NCBI GenBank assembly: GCA_001805445.1
Contig: MHGF01000003.1
Span: 184,429-248,428 of the forward strand
Length of the DNA: 64,000 bases
Direction: 5' to 3'
Source of the DNA: Omnitrophica WOR_2 bacterium GWF2_43_52
Lineage (GTDB): Bacteria; Omnitrophota; Gorgyraeia; Gygaellales; UBA12090
Within the stretch, counting starts at the first letter, position 1, and each line of letters starts with the position of its first letter. The notes under the pieces were generated by a model. The model ran no database searches, was not told where the DNA came from, and saw only the letters and a list, made by a program, of their open reading frames with translations. A program made the position numbers and the translations under genes. Below, one piece after another: positions 46,412 to 56,603 of the stretch.

Positions 46412-47701
46412 ATGAAGAAGGCCATAATGATCGCGCTCGCTGTAGGCATTTACGCCTGTATCTGCGGCATAAGCTCTGCCACCTTTGAAAAGATACAACT
46501 AAAACAGCAGGGAAGCATCAAGCAGGAAACCGCCTACCGCATAGGGCAGCCACGCGTTTTTAGCAAGATAAAAAACCAGATAGTTCTCATCGAAAGCGCG
46601 AAGTTAACCGATAAACTGAATTTTAAGATAACCGGGCGCTTTTATTATGACCTGGTGTATAATCTGGCCCATAATTTTCCTAATAACGTTGACTCCGACC
46701 AAAGACAAGAGGTTGAGTTACGCGACACCTACTTTGATTATTCAGACGGCCCGTTTGACATCCGCCTGGGCAAACAACAAATTGTCTGGGGGGAAGCTGT
46801 GGGGCTTTTTTTTGCGGATGTGGTAAACGCCAAGGATTTACGCGAATTTATCCTGCCTGAGTTTGACCTAATCCGTATCCCCCAGTGGGGTATTGACGCG
46901 GAATACACAAAAAAGAATTTTCACGCCGAATTCCTCTGGCTGCCCATCCTTGAATTTAACAAAATAGGGGTAAGAGGAGCGGAATTTGAGTTTCCGTATC
47001 CGGTGCCGGAGGGCACCGTATTTACTGCCACAGACCCCGCGCAGCCGAAAAACAGCTTCAAAAACAGCGAAACAGGCATGCGCCTGTCCTATCTTTTAAA
47101 CGGCTGGGATATCAGCGCCTTTTACCTCTATACCTGGGAAAAATTCCCTATTTACTACCGCAGTATCGCCTCGGGTGCCTACAACTTTAGCCCATCCTAC
47201 AAAAGGCTTCATACCACAGGCTTGACCTTTGCCAGGGAACTCAACGATATTATTTACAAAGGGGAATTTGTCATGACTCCTCAGGGGTATTTTCCGCTCT
47301 TTGACGATACCGATCAAGACGGAATCACCCGCAAGGATTACCTTGATTACCTTCTGGGAATAGACTTTACAGTCCTGTCAAAGATCGATAACAATATCCA
47401 GTTTATGCAGAGAATAATTTTTGACTATGATAAGCATCTGGTAAACGAAAATCCGGTGCGTAATTCAATTTCCTATAGAATCAGCAGGGGATTCCTTGAT
47501 GATACGCTGAACGCTGAATTCTTAATCATCGCCAGCCTTATGGAAAAAGATTTCCTTTATAGGCCAAAGATTACCTATACGTTTGGGAACAACTGGAAAT
47601 TCAGGATAGGAATGGATATCTTTAAGGGTGAGCCTTCAGGGGTATTCGGAAAATTCAAGAAGAAAAGCAGGGTATACAGCGAAGTTACTTTCAGCTTTTA
47701 A
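46412..47701 (+). CDS. Outer-membrane beta-barrel protein (DUF1302-like)
   Basis: Signal peptide; ELRDTYFDY...IRLGKQQIVWGEA...DVVN; C-terminal aromatic residue (VTFSF). Confidence 0.8.
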   Translation: MKKAIMIALAVGIYACICGISSATFEKIQLKQQGSIKQETAYRIGQPRVFSKIKNQIVLIESAKLTDKLNFKITGRFYYDLVYNLAHNFPNNVDSDQRQEVELRDTYFDYSDGPFDIRLGKQQIVWGEAVGLFFADVVNAKDLREFILPEFDLIRIPQWGIDAEYTKKNFHAEFLWLPILEFNKIGVRGAEFEFPYPVPEGTVFTATDPAQPKNSFKNSETGMRLSYLLNGWDISAFYLYTWEKFPIYYRSIASGAYNFSPSYKRLHTTGLTFARELNDIIYKGEFVMTPQGYFPLFDDTDQDGITRKDYLDYLLGIDFTVLSKIDNNIQFMQRIIFDYDKHLVNENPVRNSISYRISRGFLDDTLNAEFLIIASLMEKDFLYRPKITYTFGNNWKFRIGMDIFKGEPSGVFGKFKKKSRVYSEVTFSF

Positions 47702-48090
47702 CCCGTAAAAACGTTGTCTACAGCCGAAAGCAGTTCCTCCTCAGAGCAAGATTTCTGAAGGTAGAGCCTCGTAGTAGAGATTGCTGAAAAATCACTTTGG
47801 ATTCCTTCCCGATGAGCACCTAAGTAATCGCCGGGTATATTGGTAAGAAAGATGATCGGGATACTGCTACAATCCGGCAGGGCTTTAAGCTGCTTTGCCA
47901 CCTCATCGCCTAACATCTTAGGCATTAACACATCCAGAATAATCAGGTCAGGCTTGTATGATTTTGCTTTAGACAAGCCATCCTCACCGTCATAGGCGGT
48001 CATAACCTCAAAGCCATGATTCTCCAGGGTGAACTTCATTATCACCACGATATCTGGCTCATCATCCACAATTAAGATTCTTTTGGCCAT
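47698..48090 (-). CDS. Single-domain response regulator (receiver)
   Basis: ILIVDDE, PDLIILDVLMP, IPIIFLT, K. Confidence 0.92.
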   Translation of the reverse strand: MAKRILIVDDEPDIVVIMKFTLENHGFEVMTAYDGEDGLSKAKSYKPDLIILDVLMPKMLGDEVAKQLKALPDCSSIPIIFLTNIPGDYLGAHREGIQSDFSAISTTRLYLQKSCSEEELLSAVDNVFTG

Positions 48091-48092
48091 GG

Positions 48093-48935
48093 CTATTTCT
48101 TAGTAAAGCCTGAAAAATCAAAGGAAGGGTAGCACTTTCTAAGATACTCCATCTCAAGAGAAGTAGCCTTTCTGAAAACATCTGTTTTCTCATGAAAAAA
48201 ATACCCCAGGTCTGACACGCCAAACGAAGCCTTACCGGCCAAGCTCACCGCTGGAGTCGATTTTTCAAAAAACATCTTATAGAGGCCCTCTTTATTTTTC
48301 TCTTTACATTCAGACTCCAGAGTAGCGAATTCAACGCACTTGGCAATGGCGGGGGCGCCATTGGCATTATCATAGGTTTTGAGCCCTCCCAAATCCTTGA
48401 ATAAAAGAAAATCATAGGTCAGGCTGTGCTTAGGATTTATGGTAATGCACATATAATCTAAGCCAAGGCGCCTGTAGGCATAATCAAAGATAAGCTTAAA
48501 GAGATTAAAAATAAAAAACATCTTTTTAGAGTTAAGAAGCATCGAGACGCCATTCTTAAAAAGCTCTGTGTCGCTGGCAAGCATCGAAATCTCGCAGATT
48601 TTCTTACCGTTTGAGCGCAGGACTGATAATTCCTCATGGTAGATCTCATCCATGGGAAGCCCCAAAGGCGAATCTGGAATCAGGGTCGCGGTCGCGAATA
48701 TTTCATTTTCAAGAATGGTGACAAAACTGGCAGTCTCCGGCAGGGCATTATATATGGAAAGCTTTAACCGCGAATCGGATTCCCTGCAATAGCCGCGTTT
48801 TAAATACTCCCTGTACACAAGGGCATAGGCTTTCTCCAATTCATTTCTGGAGCGGGCAACCCGGTATTCTATCTGCTCAAGAAAGCGCTGCAGGCTTGCC
48901 TGTTCTGCCGCTGTGGCTGTTTTTACTGTATCCAT
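48093..48935 (-). CDS. N-acyl amino acid synthase (FeeM-like), paralog 2
   Basis: YRVARSRNELEKAYALVYREYLKRGY, ATATLIPDSPLGLPMDEIY, ICEISMLA, ITINPKH, ANGAPAI; clearly homologous to 37458-38291. Confidence 0.87.
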   Translation of the reverse strand: MDTVKTATAAEQASLQRFLEQIEYRVARSRNELEKAYALVYREYLKRGYCRESDSRLKLSIYNALPETASFVTILENEIFATATLIPDSPLGLPMDEIYHEELSVLRSNGKKICEISMLASDTELFKNGVSMLLNSKKMFFIFNLFKLIFDYAYRRLGLDYMCITINPKHSLTYDFLLFKDLGGLKTYDNANGAPAIAKCVEFATLESECKEKNKEGLYKMFFEKSTPAVSLAGKASFGVSDLGYFFHEKTDVFRKATSLEMEYLRKCYPSFDFSGFTKK

Positions 48936-48944
48936 ACGAAACCT

Positions 48945-49367
48945 TTATTGTAAATATTTAAGGAGAATCTTTTCGCTTATATATTCAATATAGCGCCTGC
49001 GGTCGGTGTCATTCATTTTATGAAACTTTACCCCAATTGTATACCCGTGTTTTTTCTTCGCGCACCAGCATACCTCTGACTCAACAACAATAGGCTTCAT
49101 GGATTCCTCAAGAAAGAGTATCTTAAGATAAAGCCTGGTGCCAAGAGCTACCTTGATGTCGCTGCCAAACCTGACGCCCTGGCCGCTGATATCATCTATC
49201 AGAAAGGGGCCGCACCATTCTTCAAGGAGGCTGGAGCTGTACAAAAGCCTTACCTGAATAGCTAAGCGCTCGCTTTTACGCTTATCTTTGGAAATAAACT
49301 CCCTGACATCGCTGATTCGTATATCGAATGACTTTTTAATCATACGTATGTACCCTCTTTTAAGCAT
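48945..49367 (-). CDS. PilZ domain protein
   Basis: KRKSER (RxxxR) and DISGQG (DxSxxG) c-di-GMP motifs; VCW...GVKF; the start may be 49343. Confidence 0.85.
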   Translation of the reverse strand: MLKRGYIRMIKKSFDIRISDVREFISKDKRKSERLAIQVRLLYSSSLLEEWCGPFLIDDISGQGVRFGSDIKVALGTRLYLKILFLEESMKPIVVESEVCWCAKKKHGYTIGVKFHKMNDTDRRRYIEYISEKILLKYLQ

Positions 49368-51961
49368 ATCAATCGTGCCCTTAAATTATCGGCTATATTT
49401 TGATACATGTCAATAGTTTCTCCCTGAGAAAAGCCTAACGCCTCAGAAGATGCTGCCTTTCCGAAAACAACCTCAATCTTTCCAAACGACGGGAACATTG
49501 CATACGGCGGCCAGGCTTCATAAGCCCCGCGGATATAGACAGGCACCGCGTCTACCTGAAGTTCTTTAATCAAAATACCGATGCCACGCTTAAACTCCTG
49601 GATTTCCCCATCTATTGAACGTATGCCTTCAGGGAAAAGGCAGAGCGCCTTTTTATTCCTCAAGACATAACTGCACATGGTTAAGGTATCAGCTACATGA
49701 GCGGCTGGGTCAATGGGGATAAGGCGAAAAAGTTGTTTTGACCACCTAAGAAAAGGATGTTCAAGGTACGCACGATAGCCCAGGAAAAAGGTAAAAAGCA
49801 AGGCGCGATAACCCATCGCCGCTACCAATAACGGCACATCTAAATAGCTCGAATGGTTGGGACAAAGGATAAAAGGGCCCTTTTGAGGAATGTTTTCACT
49901 GCCGCTTACTTTGATACGCAAAAATAACCGCATCAGAAAAGATACCATGGCAATAGCCATAAAATTTATCAGCCGATAGAAGAAGCCTTGTTTAAATGAA
50001 AGGGGCATTTTTTTACCGGAGCCGCCGTGCGTGATAGAGTCCCAGCTTACCGCTTCGCTTTGGCGCGCGCTACTGATTTGTGAGCCATGCAATTTTTCCA
50101 AGACATCCCGCACGGTCGCGATAAAGAAAAAATCTTTTTCATCTAAGGCGGCTCCTGAAAGCTTTTGAAACTCAAAGAAAATCCCGATGCGCTCCAAGGA
50201 ATCTAATCCAAGGTCAAGTTCAAGATGCTCATCCAGACTCACCTTACGCTTGAGTTTTTCACAAAGATACTGCATCGCCTTGCGGCAAAGAGGAGAGGAA
50301 AGAAGGCGGCGGTCAGAGGATGAAAGAGTTTCATCCTTCAGAAAATCATGATGGAGTACATAGCGGTGCTTTATATCAAAACGCCTCAGGTTCCCCATTA
50401 CGGTTTCAGGAAGGCTGTCTTTAATCAGGGTATAGTTTTTAATTCTTTTATAATCAGAGAGGCCTTGGGATAGCCTTTCTATTTCCCAATGGATTCTGTC
50501 TTTTATTTGGGATACGCCATGTAACGCGCAATACTTAAAATCAGGTAAAATTAAGGCGGTTAAAAAATGCTCTTTTCCTTCCTGAGAGAAGTACACGCAT
50601 ATCTGTTTTACATAAAGGCTTTTTCTGTACCAGGATTCAAGTTCTACCACATTAATCCTTCTATTCCCGGGGGCTATACTTTCTTCATCTTTTCTACCCT
50701 GAACATAAAGAAAGCCGTGCTCGTCAACATAGCCTACGTCGCCGGTAGGAAACCAATCACCCTGAAAAGCTAAAGAGGCATTTGCTTCGTCTTTATAATA
50801 ACCGCGGAAACCCGCGGCATCTTTAACCATGATTTCGCCCGGGGCGCCAGGAGAAGACTCCGCTATTTTTATTTCAAACCCGGGAGCCGGACTGCCCACC
50901 GCGGAGGGGGGGAGCTTATCGGATAAGCTAAAAGCTATAAAAGGAGATATTTCAGTTACTCCGTAAAGCGTTAAAAATTGAAGGCCTGCCCGGGAAAAGA
51001 ATACGCTTATATCGCTTGATACATTTGCTACGCTAGAGACTATGAGACGAAGCTTCGTACCCAGAACAGAATTAATGTAAGCTTTATAACGCCGCTGTTC
51101 ACTGAAAAAACTCCTCAACCATATTTTTTTGAGAAAGGAAAAAGAGCGAACTCCATCATTGAGCTTTTTATAGAAGATCTGAAGCAGCTCTGGAGCCCCG
51201 GCTATGACGCTCACCGCGGTCTTTCGCATACACTCGGTGATTTCATCCCACTGGTCATTCTTGGGAAAACTAACGCTCGCGCCTATGCATAAAGGTAAGA
51301 GGAGATTAAACGTAAGCGGATACGCGTGGCAAAGAGGAAGCAATGAAATAAAACAATCATCGCTGGTAACGAAACCCGCTTGCCGCATCGTTTGTATCCA
51401 TGCAAGAGACGCTTGGTTCGTAATTGCTACAGCCTTTGGTTTATTGCTTTGGCCTTGAGTGTAAACGGCCATCGCTGTGTGTCCGGGAGCAACATCCTTA
51501 ACTAAGTGCTGTTTCGAGGAAACGCGCGTAAAATGCTTAAGCAATTCCTCTGAATCAATACCGATGAGGGGTATACGCGCTTCATGCGCGATTACTTTTA
51601 TTTTCTCTGTGAGGTCCACGGTAGTGATGAGGCATTTCACATCCAAGGATACAAGCGCATCTTTAAGCTCAGGAGCATCCAACGCATGATAAAGAGGAAG
51701 AGCAATCGCTCCCATACCTACAACTCCAAAAAAGGCAGCCGGCCAGAAGCGGCTATTATCAAGAATAAGGGCAACCGTATCTGCCTGGTTTATATGATGC
51801 TCCCTTAAAAACGCGGTTACCGATAATGACTGTTGGTATAGCTCTTGATAGGTAAAAGAATGGTAGGCATCATTCTCCTTAAACAAAACAGCTTTTTTTT
51901 GAGGATTCTTTCGCGAGGCCTCCTCAAAGGCCTTAAAAAGTGTAAAAATAGACTCGTCCAT
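49340..51961 (-). CDS. Long-chain acyl-CoA synthetase-like - ACP - PlsC acyltransferase fusion
   Basis: LLPLCHAY, YGVTE, TGDVG, GRKDE; LGLDSL phosphopantetheine site; PNHSSYLD (HX4D), FPEGIRS, VPVYI. Confidence 0.88.
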   Translation of the reverse strand: MDESIFTLFKAFEEASRKNPQKKAVLFKENDAYHSFTYQELYQQSLSVTAFLREHHINQADTVALILDNSRFWPAAFFGVVGMGAIALPLYHALDAPELKDALVSLDVKCLITTVDLTEKIKVIAHEARIPLIGIDSEELLKHFTRVSSKQHLVKDVAPGHTAMAVYTQGQSNKPKAVAITNQASLAWIQTMRQAGFVTSDDCFISLLPLCHAYPLTFNLLLPLCIGASVSFPKNDQWDEITECMRKTAVSVIAGAPELLQIFYKKLNDGVRSFSFLKKIWLRSFFSEQRRYKAYINSVLGTKLRLIVSSVANVSSDISVFFSRAGLQFLTLYGVTEISPFIAFSLSDKLPPSAVGSPAPGFEIKIAESSPGAPGEIMVKDAAGFRGYYKDEANASLAFQGDWFPTGDVGYVDEHGFLYVQGRKDEESIAPGNRRINVVELESWYRKSLYVKQICVYFSQEGKEHFLTALILPDFKYCALHGVSQIKDRIHWEIERLSQGLSDYKRIKNYTLIKDSLPETVMGNLRRFDIKHRYVLHHDFLKDETLSSSDRRLLSSPLCRKAMQYLCEKLKRKVSLDEHLELDLGLDSLERIGIFFEFQKLSGAALDEKDFFFIATVRDVLEKLHGSQISSARQSEAVSWDSITHGGSGKKMPLSFKQGFFYRLINFMAIAMVSFLMRLFLRIKVSGSENIPQKGPFILCPNHSSYLDVPLLVAAMGYRALLFTFFLGYRAYLEHPFLRWSKQLFRLIPIDPAAHVADTLTMCSYVLRNKKALCLFPEGIRSIDGEIQEFKRGIGILIKELQVDAVPVYIRGAYEAWPPYAMFPSFGKIEVVFGKAASSEALGFSQGETIDMYQNIADNLRARLICLKEGTYV

Positions 51962-51968
51962 TAAAAAT

Positions 51969-51997
51969 AGTGTATCATATTAATCGCATAAAAACAA
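51969..51997 (-). promoter_or_regulatory. Sigma70 promoter, probably giving a leaderless mRNA
   Basis: Minus strand TTGTTT-N17-TACACT with TG extension; -10 ends 7 nt before ATG 51961; no SD. Confidence 0.55.
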
Positions 51998-52088
51998 GTA
52001 ACTTAGCCTTGGGCTCTCCAGAAAGATGCTAGGCTAACACGTTAAACAACAATAGCTTAGAAGTATAAAAAAATACTCATTGGCAGGC

Positions 52089-52117
52089 TTGACAGGTGAG
52101 GGCATACATGGTATACT
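52089..52117 (+). promoter_or_regulatory. Near-consensus sigma70 promoter for the regulatory operon
   Basis: TTGACA-N17-TATACT with TGn extension. Confidence 0.8.
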
Positions 52118-52194
52118 TTAGCAACGGTAACAAGAGGCCTATCAGGCGACAAAGCACTATCTAAAACCACCCAAAAACCCACTATCTTGAATAT

Positions 52195-53139
52195 ATGGAC
52201 TTAGCTGTCTTCAAAAAAGGTTTACTCGGAAAGGCCCTCAGCAAATCCCTCACTACCTTTAGGCAGTATCCATCCATTGTTATCCCGTTTCTGGCCTTTA
52301 CTATCATAGAGCTTATCGCGCTCATAGCCTTATACAACATTCCCCGCCAACCACTGGTGGGCATATTGGGCCCTCCGGTGCGGACATTCTGGGGAGAAAA
52401 ATTCCTCCATTATCCTTACAATTTCCTTATTCTGCCAAAGATATCCTACTATAGCAGAATAGTGCTATCCGTTTTTTTTGGCTCGCTTTTGATGGGAACA
52501 GCTATAGCGCTTATCGGGGCTTTCCATTATAAAAAACCAATCCGGCTCGGAAAGGCGCTTCAATTCGCTTTTCGCAAATACATACTGCTTTTCGCGGTTC
52601 TCCTGCTTCTGACGGCACTCTATTATTTCCTCGACAAATGCATTACCCTGGGACTGGTTAAATACTTTATAGCAGGGCACAAAAAGCTTCTCTTCCTCAA
52701 TGCAAAAGCATGGCTGGGCCCGATTTTACCTGTACTCACCTTTTTACTCGCGATATTACTTCAATCGCTTTTCGCGTATGCTTTACCGGCGGTAATAATC
52801 GGCAACGAAAAGCTCCTTTCGGCACTCTGGAAATCAGTAGTACTATGCAAGCGGCTGTTCATCACAACACTCATTATCGTAACGGTTACCCTGCTCTTGT
52901 TTGTGCCGATATTGACATTAATCTATAACTCGACATTCTTGATTAATAAACTTTTCCCGGAATTTATTCTTTACGTTCTGATCGCGGGAGTTATTGCCAA
53001 CTCCCTGATCATTGACCTCTGCCTGACGCTTTTTACTACCAACATCTATGTGCTCTACTCTGACGCCAACGATGGCACTCTCGCGCAAGAAACAGGAAAG
53101 GCATCCGGCGCGAAAAAAGAGAAAAAACATAAACCATAA
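52195..53139 (+). CDS. Multi-pass membrane protein of unknown function
   Basis: About 6 hydrophobic segments; first gene of a translationally coupled operon. Confidence 0.75.
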   Translation: MDLAVFKKGLLGKALSKSLTTFRQYPSIVIPFLAFTIIELIALIALYNIPRQPLVGILGPPVRTFWGEKFLHYPYNFLILPKISYYSRIVLSVFFGSLLMGTAIALIGAFHYKKPIRLGKALQFAFRKYILLFAVLLLLTALYYFLDKCITLGLVKYFIAGHKKLLFLNAKAWLGPILPVLTFLLAILLQSLFAYALPAVIIGNEKLLSALWKSVVLCKRLFITTLIIVTVTLLLFVPILTLIYNSTFLINKLFPEFILYVLIAGVIANSLIIDLCLTLFTTNIYVLYSDANDGTLAQETGKASGAKKEKKHKP

Positions 53140-53984
53140 TGAAGACACTATTGAATATTATCCTTACGGTACTGGCCTCATGCGCTCTCATTTCGTGCAG
53201 CAATGACCAATACTCAGTAGAGAGGAAATACTATAATGCCCAAAAGCAGGCAGAAAAGATATTTAAAAATCCGCTCTCGAGCCCTCCGCAAGAACTGCAA
53301 AGAAGCGTCGATACCTTTGCCCGCTTTACTCAAGAATACCCCCAGACCAATTTAGCCCTGCAGGCTGAGTTCGTTATTGCCCGGCTTTACATGGCAAAAG
53401 AAGAATACGAGAAGGCAAGGGCGCACCTCAACACAATGATAAAAAATTACGCGAAATTCCCCGATGTCTGCTCAGAGGCATCCTTCTTAATCGCCTATTC
53501 CTACGAAGCCGCTGGCACATGGAACAAGGCGCTCGAACACTACAAAAAAACAATTCAGGATTATCCGACAACTCGCAAAAGCCTTGAAATACCCATCTAC
53601 ATCGCCCGCTACTACAAAGCAAAATTCCAGCCGGACAAGATGCTTTCTGCCTACCATGAGGCAGTATCTCACTATAGCGCGCTCGTAAAGAAATATCCTA
53701 ATTCGCTGCTTGCCCTCACCGCGCAAAATCTTACTGCCCGATGCCATCTGGCGGCAGGAGAATGGAACCAGGCGCTTGAGTCCTTTGATGCCATGCTCCA
53801 AAAATACAAGGGAACAAAAATCAGCATGGATGGCATCATGGTGCAGATGGCGCTTATCTATGTAAAGGAACTTCATGACACAAGTAAAGCTAAAGAACTA
53901 TTAGAAACCCTTATCAAGGACTATCCTAAAAGCCGATTAATAAGAATAGCCAATAAATTATTAGAAGAGGTAAGTAAAAAATGA
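53139..53984 (+). CDS. TPR-repeat lipoprotein (BamD/PrsT-like)
   Basis: Lipobox ALIS-C20; repeated A...Y...YP TPR units. Confidence 0.85.
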   Translation: MKTLLNIILTVLASCALISCSNDQYSVERKYYNAQKQAEKIFKNPLSSPPQELQRSVDTFARFTQEYPQTNLALQAEFVIARLYMAKEEYEKARAHLNTMIKNYAKFPDVCSEASFLIAYSYEAAGTWNKALEHYKKTIQDYPTTRKSLEIPIYIARYYKAKFQPDKMLSAYHEAVSHYSALVKKYPNSLLALTAQNLTARCHLAAGEWNQALESFDAMLQKYKGTKISMDGIMVQMALIYVKELHDTSKAKELLETLIKDYPKSRLIRIANKLLEEVSKK

Positions 53985-55189
53985 CCGGACATAAAATCTC
54001 CGAACTCCACACAGAAACATCAGCCACCCTAAAAGACTTCTTAAACAGCGCGCTTAAGGATATTATGGCTGTTACCCACGCGGAGTGCGGCTCCCTGTTT
54101 TTATTTGATTCAGAAAATAAAGAGCTTGTCATGAACTCGTTTTACAATACCAAAGAATTACCTCTTAAAGGGCTCAAGCACAGGATAGGGGAGGGGGTTT
54201 CCGGAAAAGTGGCAGGCATACAAAGCCCGGTTCTCGTCAAAGACATCGATACCGATATACGTTTCAGGCGTAATGGCTATACGCACTACCGCACAAAATC
54301 TTTCATTTCAGTGCCGATTTCCAACTCTCAAGAATTATTAGGGCTCATTAACTTAGCAGATAAAGCAAACGGAGAACCTTTTTCTAAGGATGACCTCAAC
54401 GCCGCGGTTGCGATAGCAAAATATGCCTGCCTAAGCCTTGATGCCTTACACAGCTATACCGAGTTAAAGAAAGAAACCGATGCCCTTCATACGCAAAGCG
54501 CCCATCTTGAAAAATATGCCTCCGTGGGAAAACTTGCCGGGGGCATTGTCCATGAAGTCAATAATCCGCTTGATGGAATTATTCGCTACACCAACATGCT
54601 CCTTAACCAGACCGATGACAACACTACCGCCAGAGGATACCTTCTGGAGATAAAAAAGGGCCTTGAAAGGATCGCGCACATTACCAAGAGCCTCCTTGAA
54701 TTTTCCCACCAAATTAATGCCAACGCCTCCTGTCAAAAAAGGTATATAGACATCGAGCACCTGATAAGGGAAACCCTGGATGTCATTCATGATGAGTCCT
54801 TAAAGAATATTAAAGTCATTAACCTAATCAAACACTCTTTGCCCAAGGTTATTGATTTCGGGTTATCTCATATAGTGATAAATATAATCCGTAACGCCAT
54901 TGACGCTATGGCCAGTGGAGGGGCGCTCAGCATTAGCGCCCAAACACATTACGCGGGCATCAATATTAGCTTTCAAGATACAGGCACAGGCTTAAGTGAT
55001 GAAGTCAAGAAAAGGATATTTGAGCCATTCTTTACTACCAAAAGTAGAGAGAAGGGAAGCGGGCTTGGCCTGGCAATTTGCAATGAGATTATCCAAAAGT
55101 ATGAAGGCACAATTGATGTAAAAAGCTCACCGGGACAAGGAAGCACTTTTACCATTTTTATCCCCCAAAAATATATCACGCATGCATAA
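53981..55189 (+). CDS. Soluble GAF-domain sensor histidine kinase
   Basis: GAF (GEGVSGKVA, SFISVPI, LGLINL); H-box GIVHEVNNPL; N box NAIDA; DTGTG; FEPFFTTK; GSGLGLAI. Confidence 0.93.
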   Translation: MTGHKISELHTETSATLKDFLNSALKDIMAVTHAECGSLFLFDSENKELVMNSFYNTKELPLKGLKHRIGEGVSGKVAGIQSPVLVKDIDTDIRFRRNGYTHYRTKSFISVPISNSQELLGLINLADKANGEPFSKDDLNAAVAIAKYACLSLDALHSYTELKKETDALHTQSAHLEKYASVGKLAGGIVHEVNNPLDGIIRYTNMLLNQTDDNTTARGYLLEIKKGLERIAHITKSLLEFSHQINANASCQKRYIDIEHLIRETLDVIHDESLKNIKVINLIKHSLPKVIDFGLSHIVINIIRNAIDAMASGGALSISAQTHYAGINISFQDTGTGLSDEVKKRIFEPFFTTKSREKGSGLGLAICNEIIQKYEGTIDVKSSPGQGSTFTIFIPQKYITHA

Positions 55190-56603
55190 CAAGCCGGTTC
55201 CTCATGGCAGGCATATCCTCATCGTTGATGACGAGCCGCTGGTGAGGCGTTCGTTAAGCGAATTCCTGACCCTCCAAGGCTACAGCGTCAGCTCTGCCGC
55301 AAACGGCAAGGAAGCCTTAGGATTGTTAACAACTTATACCGCGGATATCGTTATCACCGATATACGAATGCCGGAATTAGACGGCCTGCAATTGCTCAAG
55401 CACATCAAACAAGACTATCCGCATACCCCCGTTATCCTGATGACCGGCTACGGCAGCATAGAAAGCGCTGTCGCGGCAATCAAGGAAGGCGCCTATGATT
55501 ACGTAACCAAGCCTATTGTTGACAGCGAAATAAAGATAGTCATTGAACGCCTCGTTACCCAGCGCCAGCTCCAGGAAGAAAATATAAGGCTTAAGCAGCA
55601 ACTTTCGGTTGCTTCTGTAAGAGAACGGTTTCATCATATCGTCGGAAAAGACGAAAAGATGCAAAAGATTTATTCTCTTATTGAGGCAATAACCGGTACC
55701 AGGACAACCGTGCTCATTCATGGGGAAAGCGGCACCGGGAAACGTTTAATAGCCCATGCCATACACAAATACAACGAGCAGGAAAGAGGGAAACCTTTTA
55801 TTGAGGTAAGCTGCGGCGCGTTGACCGAAACACTCCTGGAGAGCGAACTTTTCGGCCACGCCAAAGGCTCCTTTACGGGAGCGATAAAAGACAGAATCGG
55901 CCGCTTTGAGCTGGCAAACGCGGGGACAATCTTTCTTGATGAAATAGACGCGTCATCGCCGGCGTTACAGGTAAAACTCTTGCGGGTACTCCAGGACGGT
56001 GAATTTGAGCGGGTAGGAGATGCCACTACTATCACTGTCGATGTCCGTGTCATTGTCGCGACCAACCAAAACCTCCAGGAATTAATAACGCAGGGGAAAT
56101 TCCGTAAAGACCTCTATTACCGCCTTAATATCATTTCTATCGATATCCCGCCTTTACGGGAACGCAAAGGCGATATTCCACTTTTGGTTGAAGAATTTAT
56201 CAAGAAACATTCTAAGCATACAAGCAAAAAAATAGACGGGATATCAGAAGAGGCCTTAGGCCTTTTGGCAAAATACGCGTGGCCGGGAAACGTCCGGGAA
56301 CTTGAAAATACCATAGAAAGGGCGGTCATCTTAAGTAAGGACCACATCATTCAACCCAGAGATCTGCCGAAATCTATTCACAGCCACATAGCAACGCAAG
56401 CAAAAGAATCTGCTGATAGCCTGGGATTAAAAGATGCCTTAAAATCCCCGGAAAAAGACTTGATTCTAAGAGCCTTGGACGCCACGGGCTGGAATAGAAA
56501 TGAAACAGCGCAAAACCTAGGGATTAACCGGACTACACTTTATAAAAAAATGCAAAAATACAGTTTGCTAAAACCGCGTAACTCCGATGCCGGAAGAACA
56601 TAA
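55182..56603 (+). CDS. Sigma54-dependent response regulator (NtrC/PrsR-like)
   Basis: Receiver (TDIRMP); GESGTGK; ESELFGHAKGSFTGA; WPGNVRELEN; Fis-type HTH (LGINRTTLYKK). Confidence 0.95.
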   Translation: MHNKPVPHGRHILIVDDEPLVRRSLSEFLTLQGYSVSSAANGKEALGLLTTYTADIVITDIRMPELDGLQLLKHIKQDYPHTPVILMTGYGSIESAVAAIKEGAYDYVTKPIVDSEIKIVIERLVTQRQLQEENIRLKQQLSVASVRERFHHIVGKDEKMQKIYSLIEAITGTRTTVLIHGESGTGKRLIAHAIHKYNEQERGKPFIEVSCGALTETLLESELFGHAKGSFTGAIKDRIGRFELANAGTIFLDEIDASSPALQVKLLRVLQDGEFERVGDATTITVDVRVIVATNQNLQELITQGKFRKDLYYRLNIISIDIPPLRERKGDIPLLVEEFIKKHSKHTSKKIDGISEEALGLLAKYAWPGNVRELENTIERAVILSKDHIIQPRDLPKSIHSHIATQAKESADSLGLKDALKSPEKDLILRALDATGWNRNETAQNLGINRTTLYKKMQKYSLLKPRNSDAGRT

